Assembly: GCA_903873415.1 (NCBI GenBank)
Contig: CAIQOK010000034.1
Location: 43,962 to 107,961 of the forward strand
DNA: 64,000 nucleotides
Direction of reading: 5' to 3'
Source of the DNA: an uncultured Verrucomicrobiota bacterium
GTDB lineage: Bacteria > Verrucomicrobiota > Verrucomicrobiia > Limisphaerales > CAIQOK01
Under the pieces are notes generated by a model, which searched no databases, was not told the DNA's origin, and was given only the letters and a program-made list of their open reading frames with translations. Below are positions 53,764 through 63,059 of this stretch, piece after piece (position 1 is the stretch's first letter; every line of letters begins with the position of its first letter). A program made the position numbers and the translations under genes.

Positions 53764-54849
53764 TTAGGGCTGGGGCGCGGGGGCCGAAGCCAGTTTCTGT
53801 TCGCGATTCAAGAGCAACCGCAGTTCGCGAGGTTTGCCGTCAGCCCGTTGGGGCAGGAAAATTTTGTCGGCCGCATTGGTCATTACGCGGCCGAGCGTCT
53901 CGAAGAGACGCTGTTGGCGGAACAGGTCTGGATCGCGTTGGTATTCGGGCAGGATGCTGGCAAATCGATCGGCTTGGCCGCTGACGTCTTTGACCAGCCG
54001 GTCGCGATCGTATTCCGCGAGGTTGATTTTGGACTCGGAATCGGCGCCGGCCTTGCTCAGGACTTGGTTTTGGTAGCTGCGGGCGTCATCCAAGAGTTTG
54101 CTGCGGGTGACTTGGGCTTTGAGCACGCTGGCGAAAGCGTCCTTCAATTGGCGCGGAGGAATACTGTCAGTGACTTGGCAGTTTTCCACCAAAACACCCA
54201 AATTCTGTTTCTCGAGCAGTTCGATGACCCGTTTGCGGACGGCATCCTGGAAACCGAATTTGTCGCGGTTCAGGATGTCATCGACTTTATAAATTGCCGA
54301 GGCGTAGACCAAGGCGTTGTTGAGCGCGTTTTGAACCACGTTCGATGCGTTGACAAAGCCGAAAATATACCGCACCGGATCTTCAATCCGATAAAACAGC
54401 GTGGCCCGGGAGTGGATGATGTTGGCGTCGGCGGTGATGGTATAGCCGTCCACAGCCGGGTTCAGGGATGGTCCGGGAGGGGGTTCGCTGCCGGCCTGTT
54501 CCTGTTCCGGCGTGGTGGCATACCAGCCCACGGTAGAGTTGGCTTTTTGAATTCCGGTGATGGAAATTCGCACATATTCGTCGATCGGGTAGGGGAACGA
54601 CCAATGCAAGCCTGGTCCCAGCAGGGCTTTTTGGCCTTCACCGACCGGTTTGCCGAAGCGCAGGATCATGGCGCGTTCGGCCGGTCCGACTTGGAAAAAG
54701 CCCGAGCCCAGAAACGCCACCACCATCAGCACCATGAGGACTTTGACGATGGCAAAACTACTATGCAGCGCGGCGGTCAGGGCTTGAGCGCCGGCATCCA
54801 CCGGGGTTTCGGGTGTGCCGTGGTCGTGAGATGGGGAGGAGGCGCTCAT
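53764..54849 (-). CDS. SPFH domain protein, HflK-like
   Basis: One TM, then LRFGK...GPGLHW.FPYPID, ITADANIIH, PP.Q...AF..V, A.SY.N.V...A. Confidence 0.88.
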   Translation of the reverse strand: MSASSPSHDHGTPETPVDAGAQALTAALHSSFAIVKVLMVLMVVAFLGSGFFQVGPAERAMILRFGKPVGEGQKALLGPGLHWSFPYPIDEYVRISITGIQKANSTVGWYATTPEQEQAGSEPPPGPSLNPAVDGYTITADANIIHSRATLFYRIEDPVRYIFGFVNASNVVQNALNNALVYASAIYKVDDILNRDKFGFQDAVRKRVIELLEKQNLGVLVENCQVTDSIPPRQLKDAFASVLKAQVTRSKLLDDARSYQNQVLSKAGADSESKINLAEYDRDRLVKDVSGQADRFASILPEYQRDPDLFRQQRLFETLGRVMTNAADKIFLPQRADGKPRELRLLLNREQKLASAPAPQP

Positions 54850-54975
54850 GATGAATAATAAAACATTGATCTCCAGGCCGTGAACCCAGGGGCGCGCAAG
54901 AGGGCACTCCAGGTGCTTTTCATGCCCGGAGTCAGGCGGTCGCGGGTCAATTTCAGGGGGTTCATTATCGGGGCT

Positions 54976-55878
54976 TCATTTCACAACCGCTCCGGCTGCC
55001 GGGCCGCGTAACAAATCAAAGGGAGGTGTCTGCTGGTCGAAAATCAAGGTTGACCGGTCCTTGAGGGAGTCTTCCAAAGCACTCAGGCGGAAGAGGAAGC
55101 TGGCGAGCTGCGGGTTCTGCTGGAAGACGGCCAGGGATTTGGCGGCTTCGGCCTCGCCCTTGCCGCGGATCTGGGTGGCCTGGCCTTCGGCGGCCGTGAG
55201 CATTTTCGAGGCTTGGAGTTCTGCCGCGGAGCGGATTATTTGAGCTTGGGCCTCGCCCTCGAATTGAGAACGGCTGATGAGCACCTGGCGCTCCGAGGTC
55301 ATTCGCTCGAAAACAGACTGGGTCACGCTGTCGGGAAAACCGAGCTTCTTGATGCCGAGGAACTCGAAGCTCACCCCGTAGCTGTTCGCCCGCACCTGGG
55401 TTTGGATGGAATCGAGGATTTCCCTTTCAATGGCGGTGAATTTGGAACCTTCACCGCTGGCGGAAACGAAGTCGGCCAAGGGATGCTTGCCGATGATGGA
55501 GCGCTTGGTGCTGGTGACCAAGCCTTCCAGAACCTTTTGGGCCTCGTTCACCGAGCCGCCGAACTTGGGGAAAAAGCTTTTGGGCTCCGTGATTTGCCAG
55601 CCCACGTAGACCATCGTCATCAGGCTGTTATTGTCCGCAGTGAGGTCCTCGGTGAACTTGTCCTCGAAATGCTGCACCGGCTTTTCGAAGAAATACACTT
55701 TCTGGATGGGCCAGGGCAGCTTGCAGTAGGGGCCGGCGTTGGTGATGCTCTCGCTGGCCTTTCCGAAAGTGGTGACCACGGCGACCTGTGTCGTGCGGAC
55801 CTGGAAGGTGAAGAGGAGGAGCGCAAAAATGACGATCAGCAGCGTGCCGATGACCAGAGTGAGGGGGTTGCGGTTCAT
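54976..55878 (-). CDS. SPFH domain protein, HflC-like
   Basis: One TM, VVTTFGK, PWPIQKV..F, LT.D, P.SV..SVFERM.SER, GE.QA..IRS.A, A..IRG.GEAEA. Confidence 0.88.
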   Translation of the reverse strand: MNRNPLTLVIGTLLIVIFALLLFTFQVRTTQVAVVTTFGKASESITNAGPYCKLPWPIQKVYFFEKPVQHFEDKFTEDLTADNNSLMTMVYVGWQITEPKSFFPKFGGSVNEAQKVLEGLVTSTKRSIIGKHPLADFVSASGEGSKFTAIEREILDSIQTQVRANSYGVSFEFLGIKKLGFPDSVTQSVFERMTSERQVLISRSQFEGEAQAQIIRSAAELQASKMLTAAEGQATQIRGKGEAEAAKSLAVFQQNPQLASFLFRLSALEDSLKDRSTLIFDQQTPPFDLLRGPAAGAVVK

Positions 55879-55883
55879 GGGGG

Positions 55884-57761
55884 TTAATTCTTGGGCTTGA
55901 CGCTCAGGCCTTCCAACAGGTCGGCCCGGATTTTGTCCTGCAGGTCGAAGACGATCACATCCTGAGTGTTGGTGGTCAGGATGATATACTTGCGGGCACC
56001 GGCGGTGGCGCGGGCGAAGGTTTTGAGATAGGACCGTTCGGTGTAGACCGAGGGGGCGGCCTGCATGGAGGGGATTTGATTGGTGAACAGTGCCGCTTGG
56101 GCCAGGGCGCCAATCTCGCGTCCGTTGCGGTAGGCGGCGGCTTGGTTCAAGAGGTTGGTCGCCGCGGCACTGGCCAAGGCGTTGGTTTTGATGTCGTCGG
56201 CCTGTGCGCGGAGGATTTTGGCGTGCTTGGTCTGGATGGCGGCGATCACTTTTTCATAATCCGGGGCCACTTTCACCGGTGGATGGATGTCCTGCAATCC
56301 GACAAAGAGGATTTTCACGCCCAGTCCCCGCTCCGAGGCGGCGGCTTGAATGCCGCGGCGCAGTGTTTCGGCGGTGTTCAGGCGTTCGCGGGACATGATC
56401 TCGTTCAAATCGGCGCTGACAAACTGCCGTACCACTTCGCGGGTGGCTAGATCCTGCAGCAGGACCGCCGCCGCATCGTTGTTGTAAGCCCAGTCCAGCA
56501 GGTTGGTGATCTGGAACTGCACCGGGATGCTGACCGTAAGGAGGCTGACCGGGGGTGTGTGTCTGGAGGTAGAGTTGTTGGTTCGTGCCAGTGGATTCTG
56601 GTCGCGGTTGGCAACGAGGAAGTTCTCTTCCCTAGCATGAGCGACGGTCCAGACAACGGTGGGCTGGTTTTCCAGCTGAGGGTCCGGGGTGAATCCGACA
56701 TTGAAGGTTTGAATCTGTTCGGTCCGGTAGCGGTAGACCTGGTCCACCGGCCAAGGCCATTTCAAGTGCGCGCCGGGATCCAGCAGCGTGTTTGTCCCGA
56801 CACTCCTGCCGAAGCGCTCCAGCAGCCCTTGCTCGCCGGGTTCTATGAAGACCACGCTGGTGGAGAGAATCAATGCGCCTAATTGCAGCAGGAGCACCCA
56901 GGCCAAGGCCTGCTCAAAAAACTTATAGACCCAAGTCTCTGAGACTTTGAAACCGAACTGGTAGTCAAGGGCCTGTGCCGCCGTTGTAAACAGGCCCTCA
57001 GGCTGCCCCAAGAGGCCCACCAAGCGGCTCTCGTAAAGCGGCCGCGTGATTTTGCCCCGTACGCGAGGTCGGTAAATTTCCAGCACCAGATGGATGAGCG
57101 TCTCTGCGGACACCAGTCCCAAGAGTCCGCATAAGCCGCGGGCGACCCACAAGTCTGCCTGTGGAAACCCTGCTTCAACACCCACGGTGGCCAGTGCGGC
57201 AATGAAACAGAAATAGGCGCCGAGTAAAACCCAGCTTGCACCAGGCCGCAGCAGGCGGTGGTTTTCGAGCCGTGCGATGGTGGCGGAGAATTTACCCAGC
57301 AGGAACAGGATTAGTGCAAACAGCCCGAATAAGGCCAGGGCCACGGTCGGTTGCTTAACCGTTGTGGATGCGGCGGTCTGGTCCATCCAGCGCCAAAGCA
57401 GGAAGGCACCGGACACTTGCACTGCGAGCAGGACGGCTGTAAAGGCGGGGACAAAGAAACGCTCGAACTGTTCGCGCGACCGCTGTGCGGGGAAGAGTTC
57501 GGAGTCTTGGCTTTCAAAGAGGGTCGAGCCCGCCTTGGTTTTGGCCAGTTCTTCCAGTTCGAGCTTCTCCAGCCGTTCTGCTTCCTCCAGGCGCATTTGG
57601 AACCAGCTGACGGCGGCGACGAGAGTCCCGAGGCCTAAAAAAAACGAACATAGTTGTCCGGCAAGCGAGAGGGTCAGGCGCGCGACGGCAAAACCCGCCA
57701 AGCCCACTGCGAGCAGGGCCAGCAGGTTGATCAAACCGTTTTTTTGTATGCTTCGTTGCAC
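55884..57761 (-). CDS. Multi-TM N-terminal domain fused to an HflK-like SPFH domain
   Basis: About 300 aa with several hydrophobic helices, then PGEQGLLERFG, PGAHLKWPWPVD and QDIHPP..VA..YE.V. Confidence 0.85.
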   Translation of the reverse strand: MQRSIQKNGLINLLALLAVGLAGFAVARLTLSLAGQLCSFFLGLGTLVAAVSWFQMRLEEAERLEKLELEELAKTKAGSTLFESQDSELFPAQRSREQFERFFVPAFTAVLLAVQVSGAFLLWRWMDQTAASTTVKQPTVALALFGLFALILFLLGKFSATIARLENHRLLRPGASWVLLGAYFCFIAALATVGVEAGFPQADLWVARGLCGLLGLVSAETLIHLVLEIYRPRVRGKITRPLYESRLVGLLGQPEGLFTTAAQALDYQFGFKVSETWVYKFFEQALAWVLLLQLGALILSTSVVFIEPGEQGLLERFGRSVGTNTLLDPGAHLKWPWPVDQVYRYRTEQIQTFNVGFTPDPQLENQPTVVWTVAHAREENFLVANRDQNPLARTNNSTSRHTPPVSLLTVSIPVQFQITNLLDWAYNNDAAAVLLQDLATREVVRQFVSADLNEIMSRERLNTAETLRRGIQAAASERGLGVKILFVGLQDIHPPVKVAPDYEKVIAAIQTKHAKILRAQADDIKTNALASAAATNLLNQAAAYRNGREIGALAQAALFTNQIPSMQAAPSVYTERSYLKTFARATAGARKYIILTTNTQDVIVFDLQDKIRADLLEGLSVKPKN

Positions 57762-57839
57762 GGGAATTAAAAATTAAACGGACCCAACGGGTGTTGCCCA
57801 GACACAGGGGCCGGGGGTTCAGTCAGTTTCGCCACAGGT

Positions 57840-58802
57840 TCAACTCAGTTCACGATCTTCAAACAGTAACACGGACAAACACAGCGCCGCTCCCGCATAG
57901 CCGGCGGCATAGCCAAACGCCTGTCCGACGTAGCCCCAGAAGGAGCGAGTCTGGTCCGAAGCCAAGGCGTCGGCCAGCCAAAAAAGCTGCCAATTCGGGG
58001 TCACGGTGTAAAGCACCGACGCCCACGCGGCGCCCGCCGAGGCCGGTCGGCCAAAAAGATAGTCCGACATGAGCCCGATCAGAAAGAAGGCCGAACAGAT
58101 CGATAAGGTAGGAATCATATCGAGCCGGGTTGAGCATGCCAGAGCCAAGGCCGCCAGCATCCACAGCGCAAAGAGGATTAGTATGCCGGCGGGGACAAAG
58201 CGCCAGTCCACCCGGGCCAGTTCGCCCATCGTTTGGGTCTGGGTGGTGAATTGGAAGATGGCAAATGCCGCCAGAGTCACTGCGATCAAAAGCGAGAAAA
58301 AGGTGTCGCTAACAAAGGGGCGGCGCAGAAAGAAGTTGCTGAAGCCGCCCGCCGCATAGGCAGCCATTACTCCGCCGGCAAAAATCCCCACCGCACCAAG
58401 ATCGGTCCGGCCGTAGGCGTCAAACACCATCCTGCTGGAAATTAGAGCGGCGACCAGATTGACATAGGTCATCAGGGTCAGTGCCATGATCAGGCCGGTA
58501 TATTTGGCGAGCAGGAATTGCGCGCGCCCCACAGGCTTGGAGAGCACGGCCAAGGCGGTGCCGGAACGCAGCTCCCGGGCCAGTGAGGCTGAGGCGCTTA
58601 AAACCGCGCCGAACAGGCCCGAGAGCAGCATGACGGCCAAAACGCTGTTTTTCACCAGCTTAGGCTCGTCGCCAAAAGCGAAATAATAGGGAGTCGCCAG
58701 AAAAATCTCAAAAACGGCCGAGGCGGTCGTCAGCAGCAAAAAAACGGGCTGGCGGACCAGCTCCATAAAGGCGTTGAGGGCAATGGTTGCAAACTGTCGC
58801 AT
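57840..58802 (-). CDS. ABC-2-type transporter permease
   Basis: IA.N.F.E.VRQP, E...GTA..VLSKPVGRAQFLLAKY.G, C-terminal F.DREL. Confidence 0.85.
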   Translation of the reverse strand: MRQFATIALNAFMELVRQPVFLLLTTASAVFEIFLATPYYFAFGDEPKLVKNSVLAVMLLSGLFGAVLSASASLARELRSGTALAVLSKPVGRAQFLLAKYTGLIMALTLMTYVNLVAALISSRMVFDAYGRTDLGAVGIFAGGVMAAYAAGGFSNFFLRRPFVSDTFFSLLIAVTLAAFAIFQFTTQTQTMGELARVDWRFVPAGILILFALWMLAALALACSTRLDMIPTLSICSAFFLIGLMSDYLFGRPASAGAAWASVLYTVTPNWQLFWLADALASDQTRSFWGYVGQAFGYAAGYAGAALCLSVLLFEDRELS

Positions 58803-58846
58803 TTGATCGCCCAGAGAGTATGAATCATCAGGGTTTTTGCCAACGG

Positions 58847-59491
58847 TTATTCTTGCCCTGTCTTGCTGTCGTCGGCGTGACTGGCAGGCAAAGGGGCCGT
58901 CAGACAGGTCAAGGGCGGAAGTTGCGCCAGCAGAAACCGCATCACGGTGTCGCCGTGTTTGAGCAGTTTTCTCTCGTGCCAGGCTTCCGTGATTTCGAGG
59001 GTGTCCCGCTTGGTGTGGCCCAACACCAGCAAGCCGTCCTGCGCCAGCAGGCGTGGCAGGTGGATATCGTCGAGAATTTGCTGCGCCAGAGAGGTGGAGC
59101 GGCGGCCGATGTTTTTTTCGCCGTAAGGCGGATCGGCGAGGATCAGGTCGAACTTTTGTCCTTTTTCCGCCAGTTGTTTCATTGCCGGAAAGACGTCTTG
59201 GGTGCGCACCTCAAGCTGGGCGGCGTAGCCTGCTGCTGCGGCGTTGCTGCGGATGAATTCGGCGTGGCGGTGGGATTTTTCAACTCCCAGAACCGCGGTG
59301 GCGCCGCGGCTCAAACATTCCAAACTCAGTGCGCCGCTGCCGGCGAACAGTTCCAGCACCCGGGCGGCCACGACCCGTTCGCCCAGACTGTTGAATACGG
59401 CCTGTTTTACCAAGTCTGGTGTGGGGCGCACGTCCAGTCCCTTTGGAACCTTCAATAGTTTCCCGCCTGAGTGTCCTCCGGTGATGCGCAT
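58847..59491 (-). CDS. rsmD: 16S rRNA m2G966 methyltransferase family
   Basis: MRITGG, RPT.D.VK.A.FN, LELFAGSGAL, DPPY. Confidence 0.92.
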   Translation of the reverse strand: MRITGGHSGGKLLKVPKGLDVRPTPDLVKQAVFNSLGERVVAARVLELFAGSGALSLECLSRGATAVLGVEKSHRHAEFIRSNAAAAGYAAQLEVRTQDVFPAMKQLAEKGQKFDLILADPPYGEKNIGRRSTSLAQQILDDIHLPRLLAQDGLLVLGHTKRDTLEITEAWHERKLLKHGDTVMRFLLAQLPPLTCLTAPLPASHADDSKTGQE

Positions 59492-59603
59492 GTGTTATAA
59501 AGCCAAGGATTGGCAGGGGTTCAACAAGGGTGAAAGAGACTGGGCCGGCAGTAAAAGGTTTTGGTTCATTCCATCGGGACGCTGCCGTATTGGGAAAATC
59601 AGC

Positions 59604-60380
59604 CTACTTGAAAATCTCGGCGAGGAACTGCTGCAGATCCATCCAGGACCGTTGGTCGGCGAGGGCGTTGTAGGCGGCTCCATTCGAATTATCGTTTCCA
59701 GTCGCCGGCTGGGTGAAACCATGCACAGCGCCGCCATATTTGATCAAACGCCAGTCCACCTTGGCGGAACGCAGCTCGCTTTCAAAGGCCGACAGGTCCT
59801 CGGCCTTCTGGAAGGGGTCGTCAGCACCGTGACAGACTAGTATTTTGCACCGGATGTTTTTGCCGTCGGCCGGCGCGGGGGAATCCAGCCCGCCGTGAAA
59901 GCTGACAACGCCGTTCAAATCCGCGCCGCTGCGTGCCAGTTCGAGCACCGTTGTGCCGCCGAAGCAATAGCCGATTGCAGCGAGGCACCGGGAGTCGACC
60001 TGTTCACTGTTTTTGAGCAGGTTCAGGCCGGCATTGACGCGGTTGCGCAACAAGGCCCGGTTGGTTTTGTATTTGGTGGCTTCGATTCCGGCTTCCCGAG
60101 TGGTATGCGGCCGGATATCCTTGCCGTAAATGTCGGAGCAGAAGGCCACATAGCCCAGCCTTGCGAGCATTTCAGCGCGGTGTTTTTCATAAGCTGTAAG
60201 ACCGAGCCATTGGTGAACGATGAGCACGCCGGGCCGTTTGGCGTGGATAGAATCATCATAGGCCAGCCAGCCCTGCAGCGGGGTTTCGCTTTGCTGATAG
60301 TCGACTGTTTCGGTGCGCAGCTCCGCCCGGGTTACCAAGGCGCATCCTGCCAGAGCAATCGTTGCGAGGAGAGTTTTCAT
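59604..60380 (-). CDS. Dienelactone hydrolase family protein with signal peptide
   Basis: GYCFGG nucleophile motif, SFHG, HGADD, HGFT. Confidence 0.92.
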   Translation of the reverse strand: MKTLLATIALAGCALVTRAELRTETVDYQQSETPLQGWLAYDDSIHAKRPGVLIVHQWLGLTAYEKHRAEMLARLGYVAFCSDIYGKDIRPHTTREAGIEATKYKTNRALLRNRVNAGLNLLKNSEQVDSRCLAAIGYCFGGTTVLELARSGADLNGVVSFHGGLDSPAPADGKNIRCKILVCHGADDPFQKAEDLSAFESELRSAKVDWRLIKYGGAVHGFTQPATGNDNSNGAAYNALADQRSWMDLQQFLAEIFK

Positions 60381-60463
60381 GGTTTTATCTTAGCCGCACC
60401 CCAGCTCCAAGGCCAGCTTGAAGCAGGCCGGAACAAAGTATAGACAAAGAGCGATAGGGCAAG

Positions 60464-61474
60464 TCAGCGGGCAGGTGGGGGCGGGTTTTGGCGGAACCAG
60501 GCCACGGCGTCTGCGAGTGCCTGCCGGGGAGGGGTTTGAGGCAGTCCCAACTCGCGGATGGCTTTAGCCGGGTTGAAAAACATCTTGTGTTTGGCCATGC
60601 GCACTCCGGCCAGCGGTGCCTTGGGCGGTTGGTGCGTGAAGCGCGAGAGTGTCTCATCGATGTAGGCCGCCCCGAGGGCCAAGGCATAGGGAACCCGCAG
60701 TTTGGGCGCAGGGATGCCACTGATTTGCTCCAATACGGCAAAGGCCTCTCTCATCGTCCAGTTCCCCTCTGAATGGCCAAGGATATAGCGTTCTCCGATG
60801 CTGCCCTTTTCAGCGGCGAGCAGATGTCCTGTGGCAACATCGCGGACATGGACCCAGTTGAGGCCGGTGTCGAGGTAGGCGGGCATTTTACGGTTCAAAA
60901 AATCGACAATCACCTGGCCGGTGGGCGTGGGTTTGACATCCCGTGGGCCGACGGGGGCGCTGGGGTTTACGATGACCACGGGAAGGCCCTTTTGCGCCAG
61001 TTCGAGGGCGACCTGTTCGGCCTGCCACTTTGAGCGCTTGTAAGGGTTGGTCATCTGTCCTGCCGAGACGGGGGTGGTTTCGTCGGTCGGCAACCAAAGA
61101 CCATCCTTTTCTACGGGTAGCCCGATGCAGCCGACGGTGCTGGTGTAAACGATCCGGGAACAGCCGGCTGCGTTTGCCGCTTCAATGACGTTGCGTGTGC
61201 CGTCGACGTTGGCGGCATACATCGGCGCGTAATCACGCAACCAGAGGTGGTAGCTGGCGGCGACATGGAAACACCAGTGGCAGCCCCGCAACGCCAAATC
61301 CAGACCGGCGCGGTCATTCACGTCGCCTTCCACCCGCTCATATGCGGCGCCTTGCAGGCCGCGTAAATCGCTGCCCCGCCGCACCAAGGCGCGGACATGA
61401 TGACCGCGTGCGGAGAGTTCTTGGACCAGATTCGCGCCTATGAACCCCGAGGCGCCAGTGACGAAGCAATTCAT
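60464..61474 (-). CDS. hpnA: Hopanoid-associated sugar epimerase/dehydrogenase (HpnA-like)
   Basis: TGASGFIG, FHVAASY.LW, YKRSK, PVGPRDVKPTPTG, DTGLN.VHVRDVA. Confidence 0.85.
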   Translation of the reverse strand: MNCFVTGASGFIGANLVQELSARGHHVRALVRRGSDLRGLQGAAYERVEGDVNDRAGLDLALRGCHWCFHVAASYHLWLRDYAPMYAANVDGTRNVIEAANAAGCSRIVYTSTVGCIGLPVEKDGLWLPTDETTPVSAGQMTNPYKRSKWQAEQVALELAQKGLPVVIVNPSAPVGPRDVKPTPTGQVIVDFLNRKMPAYLDTGLNWVHVRDVATGHLLAAEKGSIGERYILGHSEGNWTMREAFAVLEQISGIPAPKLRVPYALALGAAYIDETLSRFTHQPPKAPLAGVRMAKHKMFFNPAKAIRELGLPQTPPRQALADAVAWFRQNPPPPAR

Positions 61475-61478
61475 AAAT

Positions 61479-62240
61479 TCATAAAAGAGCCGGTGAAGTC
61501 TGGGTGTCCGGGGGTGAGTTGCCATTGAGGGTCAGGGCCAAAAATGCGGACTCCAGCGGGCCGGAAGTGCCGCCGTGCCGGCGCAATTCCTCAAGTGTGC
61601 CCACGGCCACCAGACGGCCTTGGTGCATGATGCCGATCCGGTCGGCCAATTCCTCAGCCACCCCTAGTTGGTGCGTGGAGACAAGCACGCTCATGCCTGC
61701 GCGCGACCGTTCCTTCAAAATATCTTTGACCACCCTCGCGTGCTGCGGATCCAGCCCGACCATGGGTTCATCGATGACAAAAACCTCCGGATCATGCAAC
61801 AGGGCGGAGGCGATGGCCACGCGCTGCCGTGTGCCGTGGGAGAGGCTCTCGATGGGGCGTGCCGCGAATTCCTCGAGATGAAAGCGGCGGATCAGTTCGT
61901 GGCCGGAGTGTTTAATCCTGAAGTCCTCCATCTGAAAGAGTTGGCCGACAAAGCGCATGAATTCCCAAGGTGTGAGCTTGTCGTAAAGAAAGGGGAAATC
62001 CGGCACGAAGGCCAGCCTTTGCCGCGCTTCCAGAGGATGGGTTTCCAGATCGAAGCCGCATATGCGCGCGCGTCCCGAGGTGGGTTTCATAAGCCCAGCG
62101 AGGATTTTCAAGGTCGTGGTTTTCCCGGCGGCGTTGGGGCCGAGCAAGGCGAAAAACTCTCCCGGTGCGAGTGTGAGGGAAAGGTTATTGACGGCGACGA
62201 TATCCCCGAATTTTTTCACCAGTGCAAGCAGTTCAATCAT
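61479..62240 (-). CDS. ABC transporter ATP-binding protein
   Basis: GPNAAGKTT, LSHGTRQR, IDEPMVGLDP, STH. Confidence 0.92.
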   Translation of the reverse strand: MIELLALVKKFGDIVAVNNLSLTLAPGEFFALLGPNAAGKTTTLKILAGLMKPTSGRARICGFDLETHPLEARQRLAFVPDFPFLYDKLTPWEFMRFVGQLFQMEDFRIKHSGHELIRRFHLEEFAARPIESLSHGTRQRVAIASALLHDPEVFVIDEPMVGLDPQHARVVKDILKERSRAGMSVLVSTHQLGVAEELADRIGIMHQGRLVAVGTLEELRRHGGTSGPLESAFLALTLNGNSPPDTQTSPALL

Positions 62241-62252
62241 GTCGTTTTGGAC

Positions 62253-63050
62253 TCAGTCAGGGTTAAGTTGGTCATTCATCAGAACCAGTCCGCCTGGCAA
62301 CTCAAGGCGAAGTATTTCCCCGATCCGGCTGACCAGCAGTGTGACCGGGAACCGGCCCAGCAAGCGGGTCTCAAGTCGGTAGACCCGCGCCTGGCAGTGC
62401 CGGATCATCAGAGTGTCATCCCATGCCTCCCAATCCGGGACGGGATGGGGTGTAGATGCCTGAGGCATTGGAATCCCGATGCTCTGGACCATCATTCCGG
62501 CCAGAGGTCCCGCAATGTCGCCAATCCAGGAAGCGGGGTTGCGCAGTTGGCTGAATTTAACGCTACGTTCCTGAACTTCGCCATCATCGTCAGTCCGCCA
62601 TCGCAGCGTTTCTTCGGCGGCGTTGGCATGAAGCTCTAGCGCCGACGGTCGCACAGAGGCCCTCAGATTTATTTCCTGCCACTCGCGGCGGGCAGAAAGC
62701 TTGAGGTCCACGTCAAAGCGAAGCCGGTTGGTCCACTGGGGCAGAATCGCGCTGCCGTCGATGCGCAGCGTGTAGCCTCTGGGTTTGGTTTGCGCGGGCA
62801 AGGTGTCCTCGCTCACTTTGGCCCATTGGTCGACGGAGCCGGTTTCCCAGTGGCAAAAGCCGATGGTTTTGCCCCGCAAATGCAGGCTCAGAGACGATGT
62901 GTCCGGAGCGGTAAGTATTTTCTGCCAGACAAGTGAGGCGGGGATCCGGGTGGCATTGGCTTGGGATGGTCTGAATTCGGCGCGCCAGAGAAGAATATTC
63001 ATGGTGAGCCAGAAGCCGGTGACTAGAAAAAGCATGGTGCGCGAGACCAT
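62253..63050 (-). CDS. Hypothetical protein with N-terminal membrane anchor
   Basis: Hydrophobic N-terminus followed by a strand-like sequence; tightly packed between neighbouring genes. Confidence 0.75.
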   Translation of the reverse strand: MVSRTMLFLVTGFWLTMNILLWRAEFRPSQANATRIPASLVWQKILTAPDTSSLSLHLRGKTIGFCHWETGSVDQWAKVSEDTLPAQTKPRGYTLRIDGSAILPQWTNRLRFDVDLKLSARREWQEINLRASVRPSALELHANAAEETLRWRTDDDGEVQERSVKFSQLRNPASWIGDIAGPLAGMMVQSIGIPMPQASTPHPVPDWEAWDDTLMIRHCQARVYRLETRLLGRFPVTLLVSRIGEILRLELPGGLVLMNDQLNPD

Positions 63051-63059
63051 GGCGGCGCC

